Assembly (NCBI GenBank): GCA_003249955.1
Contig: QKHS01000095.1
Location: forward strand, 11,299-75,298
Reading direction: 5' to 3'
Source of the DNA: Bacteroidales bacterium
Lineage (GTDB): Bacteria > Bacteroidota > Bacteroidia > Bacteroidales > ML635J-15
DNA length: 64,000 nt
In this document: in pieces, positions 20,065 through 29,435 of the stretch
Position numbering within the stretch: the stretch's first letter is position 1
How the letters are laid out: every line of letters starts with the position of its first letter
Position numbers and translations under genes: made by a program
Notes under the pieces: generated by a model
The model's database searches: none
The model's input: the letters and a program-made list of their open reading frames with translations, nothing else
Told to the model about the DNA's origin: nothing

Positions 20065-23000
20065 TTATCTTATCAGTGTTACTGTACCACTTTCTTCGTG
20101 AGGCTTTCCCGTAAAGTCGGCAAAAGAGCAATACCACCTGTACATCCCGTTTGTAAGAACAGGGTCTCCCTTAACAACACTACCATTATGAGAACCGTCC
20201 CAGGCCATCCGGTATGGATTATTTTCATCAAAAACATCGGTTTCAAAAACTTTACTTCCGAATCTGTCATAAACTACCAGATAGAACTGTGTTTTGTCAA
20301 TACCATGTCCGATAACATAAAAAATATCATTTAAGCCATCTCCGTTAGGAGTGAATGCATCCGGGGCATAGAAAGTAAATTCATCATGAACTCTCACTTT
20401 TTTATATGCAGTGTCAAGACATTCATACTGGTTTTTAGCAATCATCATAATATCATATTCCCCTACTTCCTTATAGGTGTGCATTTGCATTTCGCTTGTC
20501 CACATGCTGGTAAAGCCATCACCAAAGTCCCAGAAATACTCAACGGCTCCATCTGTATAATTATTAAATTCCACCTGAGCATTAAGGACAGAAAGCAGTT
20601 CGGGAGTTGCAGCAAATTCTGCTCTTGGCATAGGATAAAGGTAAATCATATTTGTATATATGCGTGTACGTTCACAACCATACTCTGACCATGCAGTTAA
20701 CTGAATATCATATGTTCCCGAAACAGTAAAAGTATGCTGTGGGTTCTTCTGCACAGAGAATCCGCCATCGCCGAAATCCCACAAATAGGTTTGTCCTGCA
20801 TCGGGGGTTGTTTCGGTAAACTGGAATAATGAAGGCGGACATGCAGCCGTATGGTCAGCAAAGAATGCAACCTGCGGTAAAGGATGAACTATAACATAAA
20901 TTGAATCGTAATCTACAGGAGATCCGCAATTATCCGATACTGTAAAATGATAATACCCGGTTTCCTGTGGATAAAAAGTCTTTGGCATATTTACAATTCC
21001 GTAATCTTCCATGTTAATCGTGTAAGGACCGCCGTTGCCTCCGCTTATCTCCATTTCAATATAAATACTTTCTCCAATGCAAATGTCCTGAGGTGACGAA
21101 GTTGTTGAGATAATATCTATAACAGGATTAACATGTACAGTAATGTTCTTAACCGGGCCAAAGCATCCCCGGAAATCGGTAACAACAAGCTGATACGAAG
21201 TAGTAACTTCTGGACTGACTGTTAAAGTTTCGCCGTACCACACAGAATCATCAGTTCCCATCCATACAAATTCATAAGGGCCTAATCCGCCTGTAGCATG
21301 TGCATATGTTGTAAAGCTTTCTCCTATACAGATTGTTCCACCCCATGGATTTGTAACATACACAGCTTCCGGCTGGTCAACAAAAGCCATTGTAACATGT
21401 TCACAACCGTTGGCATCATTTACGGTAACATAGTGATAGCCTGCTCCCAGTGCAACTGAATCCATGGTTTGTCCATCATCCCACTGATACTGATAAAATT
21501 CTCCGAATTCATTACTGAACGGAACACCTCCCACAACATCAACCTCTCCATAACCGTCGTTATATCCCCAACATGTGGCCGGACCTGAAAATACTGAAAG
21601 ATAAATAGTATCCGGTTCTGTAATTTCAAAATTTGCAGAGCCTGTACATTCATACAAGTCTGTAAGGGTAACCGAATACTCTCCTGCACAGAGATTCTCC
21701 AGATAGTCTGTTGTACTCCCCCATGTATAAATAAACGGGGGAATTCCACCTGTAATGTCAAGAACAGCACTTCCGTCACAAACTCCGTGGCAAAGCAAAT
21801 CTGTAGTCTCAACATCAATTACAATAGGTTGACTTACAATTACTGTAGTTGACTGCGGAGTATATGTACACATATTATCATCATATACTGTTACTGTGTA
21901 TTGAGTTGTATTTGGAGGGCTTACTGTTCTGTCTGCAGAATTCATTGCAGGAGAGTCTTCCCATGAGTATAAATATGGTTCAACACCTCCTGTTACTGTA
22001 ACATGAATATCTGCCTGTTCCCCAAAACATATTCCCTGATTAGGTGTTATTGAATAAAAGAATTGCGGAGGTTCTTCAATAAATACTGTTGCGTAACCTG
22101 TACATCCGTTCAAATCTGTAACAGTAACAGCATAATTCCCTGAAATAAGGTCTGCAATAGTCTGGCTTGTACTCCATCCCATCCAGTTATACGTATAAGG
22201 TTCTACTCCTCCGGTAACTACGGCTGTTGCAGTTCCGTCAACTTTTCCATAACATGAAATATCTTCAGAATCAATGATGACACTAACTGCAGGCACTTCG
22301 GTAACGGTAAAACACTCCACCATCTGGCATCCGCTGGCCATATCCGTTACAGTAAGGCAGAAATTACCCGGGCTTTCGATAACAATTCCCGGAGAAATAT
22401 CTCCGGTTGACCATTCGTACATAAAAGGTCCTGTTCCTGTAATAAGATTAAACTGTGCACTGCCTGTGCTTCCTGCACATATTGTCGGGGTATAGTTTAC
22501 ACTGAAGTCAAAATCACCATCTATTACAGTTGCATCATCAGAATCAACGCATGTCCCGTATGTAGCTGTACAGGTATATGTTCCCGGCGAACTTACAACA
22601 ATGCTTTGTGTAGTGCTTGAAGTAGGATTATCCCAATGGAAGCTGACATCTCCGGGATTTGCCCCCATAACATTAGCTGTTAAAGTAACCGGTCCCGAAC
22701 AAGGATTTCCTGAAGTTGTAACCGAAACGACAAAATTAGTCGCAGACCCGATAGTAAAATTTATAATTGTATCTCCGCAGGCGGCATCATCCGTAACCGT
22801 AACCGAATGATTTCCGGCTACAAGACCTGTAACTGTTGCCCCGCTTAAGCCTCCGTCCCAGCTAATTGTGGGATTCCCGGAACAGGAAGAATTTACGGTT
22901 ATAGTTGCAGAACCTTGTTGTCCACAACCAACATCTACTGTAGTAAGAGTAACATCCAATTCTTCAGGATCCGGTTCCAGAAATGAAGCCGCTATTCCGA

Positions 23001-23979
23001 AAGTACAAAGAGATGTCCCTGCTTCGTAACTAAATCCATCCATTGCAAGAACATAAAGGCCGGGAGTCAGATTTTCAGAATACACCACTGTTCCTGTACC
23101 TTGTCTGCAATTAAAGTATGTCGTATTATTAGGCGGGTCGCTTAAAGGACTTCCGCCAATACCTGTGCAGTCAACGCCATTCCATGAATAAACTGCAAAC
23201 TGAATTTCAGGAGTTGCAGGAACCAGCCCCTGTACATCATTTGCCCAACACTGACCAAATTCTATGTTAATTGTAACTGGTTGTGGATCTCCCGGAAGGA
23301 CTTCGAACGAATAAAAAACCACATTATCAGTAGATGACCATCCGCAATCTTCAGGAGCCTGAACAGTTCCTGCCGGAGCAAGAATATTACATCCTGCAGA
23401 AGATAACTCAGGAGGATTTGAACAGTCTGATTCGGGTAAAGAAGTTAAAACTGATGCCGCAAAAAACATAGAAGTTACGTCATTATCTTCCTCCCATAAT
23501 CTTACATAAATAGTTTCGCCAGGAACTAAACCTGATATAATTTCCCATCTTATTTCGGCATTTGACATAAAACCGTCAGAAGCATTAAAACAATCGAGTA
23601 AAGTAAGGCTTCCACAACTTCCGCGATAAACAGCCATTCCCGGTCCGCAGGCAGGAGCTCCAGGAATAAGCGGCGGAACTGCCATCATAGCGGTTGGAGC
23701 ATCAAAAGCATGAAACGCCATTTCGGTAACCCCTGAAGGAACTGTAAAACGATACCACATATCATTTGTTGTTGCACTAAAACTGCCGCAAGCAGGTGCA
23801 GGTGCATCTGAAGAAGGGATAGCCCCGTCAAAATCAACATTTGTAAATGCCATATCGCCGCATGTTCCGTAAACATCAATCGGAATATCTATCGCATTTG
23901 CACAATTGTCCTGAGCATTTACAGATGATGAAATCCAAATCAATAAAATAAAAAGAAAACTCAAAAAAACTGCTTTCAT
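20065..23979 (-). CDS. Large T9SS cargo adhesin with SprB repeats, two PKD-like domains and a type B (gliding-motility-associated) C-terminal sorting domain
   Basis: Signal peptide. Several SprB-type units, e.g. DISCYGKVDGTATAVVTGGVEPYTYNW and LLCHGVCDGSAVLDITGGIPPFIYTW. PKD-like YLWDFGDGG and YFWDFGDGF. The C-terminal DAFTPNGDGLNDIFYV motif is typical of type B sorting domains. Confidence 0.85.
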   Translation of the reverse strand: MKAVFLSFLFILLIWISSSVNAQDNCANAIDIPIDVYGTCGDMAFTNVDFDGAIPSSDAPAPACGSFSATTNDMWYRFTVPSGVTEMAFHAFDAPTAMMAVPPLIPGAPACGPGMAVYRGSCGSLTLLDCFNASDGFMSNAEIRWEIISGLVPGETIYVRLWEEDNDVTSMFFAASVLTSLPESDCSNPPELSSAGCNILAPAGTVQAPEDCGWSSTDNVVFYSFEVLPGDPQPVTINIEFGQCWANDVQGLVPATPEIQFAVYSWNGVDCTGIGGSPLSDPPNNTTYFNCRQGTGTVVYSENLTPGLYVLAMDGFSYEAGTSLCTFGIAASFLEPDPEELDVTLTTVDVGCGQQGSATITVNSSCSGNPTISWDGGLSGATVTGLVAGNHSVTVTDDAACGDTIINFTIGSATNFVVSVTTSGNPCSGPVTLTANVMGANPGDVSFHWDNPTSSTTQSIVVSSPGTYTCTATYGTCVDSDDATVIDGDFDFSVNYTPTICAGSTGSAQFNLITGTGPFMYEWSTGDISPGIVIESPGNFCLTVTDMASGCQMVECFTVTEVPAVSVIIDSEDISCYGKVDGTATAVVTGGVEPYTYNWMGWSTSQTIADLISGNYAVTVTDLNGCTGYATVFIEEPPQFFYSITPNQGICFGEQADIHVTVTGGVEPYLYSWEDSPAMNSADRTVSPPNTTQYTVTVYDDNMCTYTPQSTTVIVSQPIVIDVETTDLLCHGVCDGSAVLDITGGIPPFIYTWGSTTDYLENLCAGEYSVTLTDLYECTGSANFEITEPDTIYLSVFSGPATCWGYNDGYGEVDVVGGVPFSNEFGEFYQYQWDDGQTMDSVALGAGYHYVTVNDANGCEHVTMAFVDQPEAVYVTNPWGGTICIGESFTTYAHATGGLGPYEFVWMGTDDSVWYGETLTVSPEVTTSYQLVVTDFRGCFGPVKNITVHVNPVIDIISTTSSPQDICIGESIYIEMEISGGNGGPYTINMEDYGIVNMPKTFYPQETGYYHFTVSDNCGSPVDYDSIYVIVHPLPQVAFFADHTAACPPSLFQFTETTPDAGQTYLWDFGDGGFSVQKNPQHTFTVSGTYDIQLTAWSEYGCERTRIYTNMIYLYPMPRAEFAATPELLSVLNAQVEFNNYTDGAVEYFWDFGDGFTSMWTSEMQMHTYKEVGEYDIMMIAKNQYECLDTAYKKVRVHDEFTFYAPDAFTPNGDGLNDIFYVIGHGIDKTQFYLVVYDRFGSKVFETDVFDENNPYRMAWDGSHNGSVVKGDPVLTNGMYRWYCSFADFTGKPHEESGTVTLIR

Positions 23980-24014
23980 ATCTTTAGTATGTTTTTTTTA
24001 TGCTATTAAGCCAG

Positions 24015-24022
24015 CAAATTTA
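24015..24022 (-). promoter_or_regulatory. Candidate -7 box TAAATTTG upstream of the 1304-aa adhesin gene
   Basis: Exact TAnnTTTG match on the minus strand, 36 nt upstream of the ATG at 23979. Confidence 0.35.
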
Positions 24023-24291
24023 AAAAAATCATTTTATAATCACCTGAAATTCATGTAAAATTAATACAAATTTCACTAATTAAATCCCTCTTATTAAAAA
24101 TCACCCGGATTAATGACTAAAAAACGTGGTTTTGGTTGTCTTTAATCACAATTTTTATTGAAATTTTCTGAATATAAACTTTAGGGATTAAACCGGGAAA
24201 TGTGAACTGTGATTAGCTGAATATAAGGAGGTGAAAGATTCAAATAAACAAAAAATCCTACATCTGATTCCGAAAATATAATTCATTCATA

Positions 24292-26187
24292 TCAGCCGGA
24301 AATTTCGCTTAATTCAAGCCATCTCATTTCTTTATCTTCTATTATTGCAAGTAACTCAGAGTATTCATGCGATTTTTCAATTAGTTCATCATGTCCCAGT
24401 GACCCTGAATTTAACATTGATTCCAGTTCTGACTTCCTTGTTGTCAGCTGAGCTATTTCTTTTTCCAGATTTTCAAATTCATATTTCTCATTAAAACTCA
24501 TCTTTCTTTTTTGAGAAGGTTGCACCACAGACCCGGAGTTTGATTTCTGTCCGCCTTCGACTTTTGATTTTTCTGTAACTGCTGTTTTTTGAGTCTCAAT
24601 ATCTGCCTTAAACAATTCTGAATTTCTGTATTGGGTATAATTCCCCGGAAAATCTGAAATACGGCCTTTACCGCTGAAAACGAAAACATGATCGACTATT
24701 TTATCCATGAAAAACCTGTCGTGCGAAACAATTATCACACAAGCATCTATCATGGCAAGATATTCTTCAAGAACCTGAAGTGTCATTATATCCAGATCGT
24801 TTGTAGGCTCGTCCATTATCAATACATTGGGCTGTGTCATCAGTACAGTGCAGAGATACAGCCTGCGCCTTTCCCCACCGCTTAATTTCCGCACAAAAGT
24901 GTACTGCATGTCAGGAGAAAAAAGAAAATACTGTAAAAAGCCTGATGCACTAAAAGTTTTTCCGTTTTTCATTTTAACAGTTTCTGCAATACTTTTCACA
25001 ATATCGATAGGTTTGGAATCTTCGTCAAAACTTATCCCATCCTGCGTATAATATGCAATTTTTACGGTACTGCCTGTTTCAATCCGGCCTTTATCTGCCT
25101 TTAATCTGCCCGTTAAAATGTTAAGTAATGTCGTTTTTCCGCTACCATTATTACCGACTATTCCTATTTTTTCGTTTCTGGCCAGTTTGTACGAGAAATC
25201 ATCTATTACACACTCATCCCCAAAAGATTTTGAAATATTGTAAACATCTATAATTTTTTTGCCCAGCCTTTCTGTTGCAATTCCTAATTCAAGTTTTGAA
25301 TCATCAATTTTCTGAGAAGCACGGGCTTTAATATTTTCAAATTCATCGACCCTGAATTTTGATTTATGAGTACGGGCTTTGGGCATACGGCGAATCCATT
25401 CCTGCTCTGTTCTCATCAGATTCTGAGCACGCTCAATATTTGCCTGAAGGTTATCTATCCTCTCAGCCCTTTTTTCGACAAAATATGTATAATTACCCTG
25501 ATAAGTAAATATCTGGCCCGAATCCATTTCGAGAATTATATTACATACCCTATCCAGAAAATACCGGTCATGAGTAACCATAAATATGGTCATCCCGGAT
25601 TTATCAAGATACTCTTCAAGCCATTCTATCATGTCGAGATCCAGATGGTTTGTAGGCTCATCAAGGATTAACAATTCGGGTTCGCTGATTAATGTACCGG
25701 CAAGAGCCACCCGTTTTTTTTGACCTCCGCTAAGAAACTTAATTTTTTTCTCCAGATCAAAAATCTTCAGTTTTCCCAGTATCTGTTTTACTCTTGCTTC
25801 ATAATCCCAGGCGTTTAACCTGTCCATTTTATCAAGAATTTTCTGAAGCCCCGAGTGATCTTTCCCCGACATTATGTCATTGTATTCCCGGATAGTTGTT
25901 ATTATTTCATCTTCCTGAAAAAAAACAGCCTGTAAAACAGATTTTTCGGGTTCAAGCACAATATCCTGAGGCAAGTAAGCAATGCGAAGATCTCTCTTCA
26001 TACTTAACGTTCCCGTATCACCGGTATCAAGTCCTCCGAGAATATTAAGCAATGATGTTTTACCGGTACCGTTTTTCGCAACAAGAGCAATTTTCTGACC
26101 TTCGGATATATGTATGTTTATCCCTTCGAATAAAAGCTTCTCACCATACCGTTTACTTAAATTTTCGCCCTGAAGAAAACTGCTCAT
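24292..26187 (-). CDS. ABC-F family ATPase (two ABC domains, no transmembrane domain, C-terminal coiled coil)
   Basis: Two Walker A motifs (GKTSLLNILGG and GSGKTTLLNILTG) and two signatures (LSGGQKKR and LSGGERRR). The tail is charged and coiled-coil-like. Confidence 0.9.
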   Translation of the reverse strand: MSSFLQGENLSKRYGEKLLFEGINIHISEGQKIALVAKNGTGKTSLLNILGGLDTGDTGTLSMKRDLRIAYLPQDIVLEPEKSVLQAVFFQEDEIITTIREYNDIMSGKDHSGLQKILDKMDRLNAWDYEARVKQILGKLKIFDLEKKIKFLSGGQKKRVALAGTLISEPELLILDEPTNHLDLDMIEWLEEYLDKSGMTIFMVTHDRYFLDRVCNIILEMDSGQIFTYQGNYTYFVEKRAERIDNLQANIERAQNLMRTEQEWIRRMPKARTHKSKFRVDEFENIKARASQKIDDSKLELGIATERLGKKIIDVYNISKSFGDECVIDDFSYKLARNEKIGIVGNNGSGKTTLLNILTGRLKADKGRIETGSTVKIAYYTQDGISFDEDSKPIDIVKSIAETVKMKNGKTFSASGFLQYFLFSPDMQYTFVRKLSGGERRRLYLCTVLMTQPNVLIMDEPTNDLDIMTLQVLEEYLAMIDACVIIVSHDRFFMDKIVDHVFVFSGKGRISDFPGNYTQYRNSELFKADIETQKTAVTEKSKVEGGQKSNSGSVVQPSQKRKMSFNEKYEFENLEKEIAQLTTRKSELESMLNSGSLGHDELIEKSHEYSELLAIIEDKEMRWLELSEISG

Positions 26188-26204
26188 ACCTGAAATAATT
26201 TGTG

Positions 26205-26212
26205 CAAAAGTA
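26205..26212 (-). promoter_or_regulatory. Candidate -7 box TACTTTTG upstream of the ABC-F gene
   Basis: Exact TAnnTTTG match on the minus strand, 18 nt upstream of the ATG at 26187. Confidence 0.4.
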
Positions 26213-26433
26213 ATAAAAAACTTTGTAATTATTTAGCTTGATTGATTCACAGGGAAGGAAGACCGGAATCAGAAAACGGATATAATTCATCAAACATGTT
26301 TACAGGTACAATTATAGTGCTGATACCGGATTATCAAAACATTACCTGTTTTCGGATTTCCATATCCGGTATTCAGCCCCGAAAAAAATAACCGTCTAAG
26401 TCAACCATTCATAACCGGATTACCTCAGTAACT

Positions 26434-27105
26434 TTATAACAAATCTGGTCTTAAATCCTGTGTCCTCTTAAAGGATTGTTCTTCTTTCCATTTTTCGATT
26501 TCTGCAAAATTTCCGGACAAAAGAACCGGCGGAACTTTCCATCCGTTAAATTCGGAAGGCCTGGTGTAAACAGGCGGAGCAAGAAGATCGTCCTGAAAAG
26601 AATCTGAAAGTGCAGATTGCTCGTCTCCGATAGCCCCGGGCAACAAACGCACAATACTGTCACACATCATTGCAGCAACAAGTTCCCCTCCTGTCAGGAC
26701 AAAATCGCCTATACTGAATTCTTCATCTATCAGATGCTCCCTGATTCTGTTGTCAACACCCTTGTAATGTCCGCAAAGAATAATGATATTCTCATAAGTT
26801 GAGACGCGGTTTGCCGATTTTTGATTCCATGGTTTACCATCAGGTGATGTGTAAATTACAAGATCGTATTCGCGTTCTGATTTCAATTTATTTATCAGGT
26901 TAAAAACAGGTTCAACCATTATTACCATACCTGCCTCTCCTCCAAAAGGATAATCGTCAACCTGTCTGTGTTTACCAAGACCAAAATCCCGCAAATCGTG
27001 CACTACAATCTCAGCAATTTGTTTATCTACTGCCCGTTTAACAATTGAATGGCTCAAAGGCCCGCTCAATATTTCAGGTAAAACAGTGATTATGTCGATT
27101 CTCAT
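26434..27105 (-). CDS. trmD: tRNA (guanine37-N1)-methyltransferase
   Basis: [13 protein letters not shown]...[10 protein letters not shown]...[13 protein letters not shown]...[11 protein letters not shown] are canonical TrmD motifs. Length is 223 aa. Confidence 0.95.
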   Translation of the reverse strand: MRIDIITVLPEILSGPLSHSIVKRAVDKQIAEIVVHDLRDFGLGKHRQVDDYPFGGEAGMVIMVEPVFNLINKLKSEREYDLVIYTSPDGKPWNQKSANRVSTYENIIILCGHYKGVDNRIREHLIDEEFSIGDFVLTGGELVAAMMCDSIVRLLPGAIGDEQSALSDSFQDDLLAPPVYTRPSEFNGWKVPPVLLSGNFAEIEKWKEEQSFKRTQDLRPDLL

Positions 27106-27127
27106 ACTAATTTTTGTTAATATTCAG

Positions 27128-27135
27128 CAAAAGTA
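27128..27135 (-). promoter_or_regulatory. Candidate -7 box TACTTTTG upstream of trmD
   Basis: Exact TAnnTTTG match on the minus strand, 23 nt upstream of the ATG at 27105. Confidence 0.4.
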
Positions 27136-27338
27136 ATTAAACCACACGGTTATTAAAAAATTTGAAAAAGAAAATTACTCTGTTTCTTATCAAAAAACTG
27201 ACTATCTTTTAAATTTTATCAATGACAAGATAGAAAAAACAATAAAAATTTGTTTGTGTTCCATTTAAAATATACCTTCGTAAGTTTTATATGTTATAAC
27301 ATTTTAATAGTTAACTAATTAAAGATCAGAGACTTAAC

Positions 27339-29435
27339 ATGAGTATCGAAATGGAAAACAAGCTAAACGGTTTGGAAAACGAGGCTGAAAACAATGTTCA
27401 GAATGAGATTAATACAGAAGTAATTGACGTTATTTCAGAAAATTCATCTGTAGCTGAACAGGAATATGAGACTGTTTTGGAAGAAAATTCTACACAGCAA
27501 GAGGAAATTATTGTTGAAGAACCCGAAAATCTGACAGACAATAATCTAAAAACAGAAATAAATGAAAAAACATCTGAAGCAGTGATTATTGCCGACAAGG
27601 AACTGATCAAACATGAAGAAGAAGTAAGTTTTGAAAAGCCCGAAGATATTATATCTGAAGAAGAAATAAACGAACTTACTGCTACAGATTATTCTGCTCT
27701 GACAAAAGACGAGATTCTCGAAAAGCTTAAAACTCTTATTCATGATACAGATATTGAAGAATCGAGAAAAGAAATAGAAGCTCTTAAAAATCAATATTAT
27801 AAAAATCTGAAGCTGGAACACGACAAGATAAAACAGGAACTTAAAGATGTTACAGGTGACGAGGCTGAAGTAGAAATGCCTAAAGATGATACTGAAGAGT
27901 ATCTTAAAGAATTAATGGCTGACTACAGGCAAAAGAAACAGGAATATGCCCAGAAACAGGAACAGGAAAAAATGAAAAACCTGAAACTGAAGGAGGAGAT
28001 TATTGAAAAAATCAAAGGGCTTGCAAACAGCGAAGAATCTCTTAATAAAACATTTGCTGAATTTAAAGCTTTGCAGCAGGAATGGCAAAATATCGGTCCT
28101 GTGCCAAATACCGAAGCAAATAATCTTTGGAAAGGCTACCAATTACAAATTGAAAGGTTTTACGACCTTGTAAAAATAAACAAAGAATTACGTGATCTGG
28201 ATTTCAAACGCAATCTGGAGCAAAAAGTTGAGTTATGTGAGAAAGCTGAAGAGCTTCTTTTAATGACCGACGTATTGGCTGCTTACAAACAATTACAGGA
28301 ATATCACGATTTATGGAAAGAGCTGGGGCCTGTTCCGTCAGATAAACGCGAAGAAATCTGGGACAGATTCAGCATGACCAGTAAAAAAATTCGTCAGGCA
28401 TATCAGGATCATTTTGAAAAACTAAAAGAAGAGAGAAATGCTAATTATGAGCAAAAACTGATTTTGTGTGAAAAAGCAGAATCGGTTTTAACAGAAAATA
28501 ATCCCCAAAGCGGAAAAGAATGGGCTGATTTATCAGAGCAGGTTCTTGAGCTTCAGAAAATATGGAAAACTATCGGAATGGTTCCTTCTGCTGTAAACAA
28601 TGAGGTTTACGAAAGATTCCGTGCTGCCTGCAATAAATTTTTTGATGCAAAAAAAGAATTCTTCGGAGTTATAAATGATGAATTAAACACAAACCTTCAG
28701 AAAAAGATCGAGTTATGTGTTAATGCCGAGCTTTTGAAGGATAGTACCGAGTGGAAAAAAACCACCGAAGCATTTCTTGATATGCAGAGAAAATGGAAAG
28801 AAATCGGTTCTGTACCAAAGAAAAATTCAGAACATATCTGGAAAAGATTCAGAGCTGCATGTGACCATTTTTTCAATGCAAAATCAGCATTTTACTCAAA
28901 TATTGACATAGAACAAAAAGATAATCTTAAGAAAAAAGAAGATCTTATTGAAGAAATAAAAACTTTTGTCCCTGGTGAAAATCAGTCGGAAAATATTGCA
29001 AAAGTTAAAGATTTTCAAAGCAGATGGACCGAAATAGGTTATGTTGCAAGTTCCCAGAAAGACAGACTTTATGCAGAATTCAGAGGAGCTATTAATGAAA
29101 TATTCAGCAAGCTTAATCTAAACAGGAACTCGTTGGAAATCAGCAACTTCAACTCAAGAGTTGAAAATATGAAAGATACCGGTTCTTCAGGAGCATTGGC
29201 AAAAGAAAGAAGCAGAGTTTTGCAAAGAATTCAGGAATTAAACTCAGAGATACTTCAGATAGAAAACAACATGGGATTTTTCTCATCAGGATCTGAAAAC
29301 ATTATCAAAGATTTTAAAAAGAAAATTGAACGGGCACAGGAGGAGATTAAAACTTTAAAAGAAAAGAAAAAATCTATCGACCTTGCCGAAAGAGAACTTA
29401 AAAAGAAAGAAGAAAATAATGAACAAACAGATTAA
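27339..29435 (+). CDS. DUF349 repeat protein
   Basis: Acidic N-terminus followed by repeated helical units carrying W(K/Q)(E/T)IGPVP / WKEIGSVP / WTEIGYV motifs, which is typical of DUF349. Confidence 0.8.
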   Translation: MSIEMENKLNGLENEAENNVQNEINTEVIDVISENSSVAEQEYETVLEENSTQQEEIIVEEPENLTDNNLKTEINEKTSEAVIIADKELIKHEEEVSFEKPEDIISEEEINELTATDYSALTKDEILEKLKTLIHDTDIEESRKEIEALKNQYYKNLKLEHDKIKQELKDVTGDEAEVEMPKDDTEEYLKELMADYRQKKQEYAQKQEQEKMKNLKLKEEIIEKIKGLANSEESLNKTFAEFKALQQEWQNIGPVPNTEANNLWKGYQLQIERFYDLVKINKELRDLDFKRNLEQKVELCEKAEELLLMTDVLAAYKQLQEYHDLWKELGPVPSDKREEIWDRFSMTSKKIRQAYQDHFEKLKEERNANYEQKLILCEKAESVLTENNPQSGKEWADLSEQVLELQKIWKTIGMVPSAVNNEVYERFRAACNKFFDAKKEFFGVINDELNTNLQKKIELCVNAELLKDSTEWKKTTEAFLDMQRKWKEIGSVPKKNSEHIWKRFRAACDHFFNAKSAFYSNIDIEQKDNLKKKEDLIEEIKTFVPGENQSENIAKVKDFQSRWTEIGYVASSQKDRLYAEFRGAINEIFSKLNLNRNSLEISNFNSRVENMKDTGSSGALAKERSRVLQRIQELNSEILQIENNMGFFSSGSENIIKDFKKKIERAQEEIKTLKEKKKSIDLAERELKKKEENNEQTD

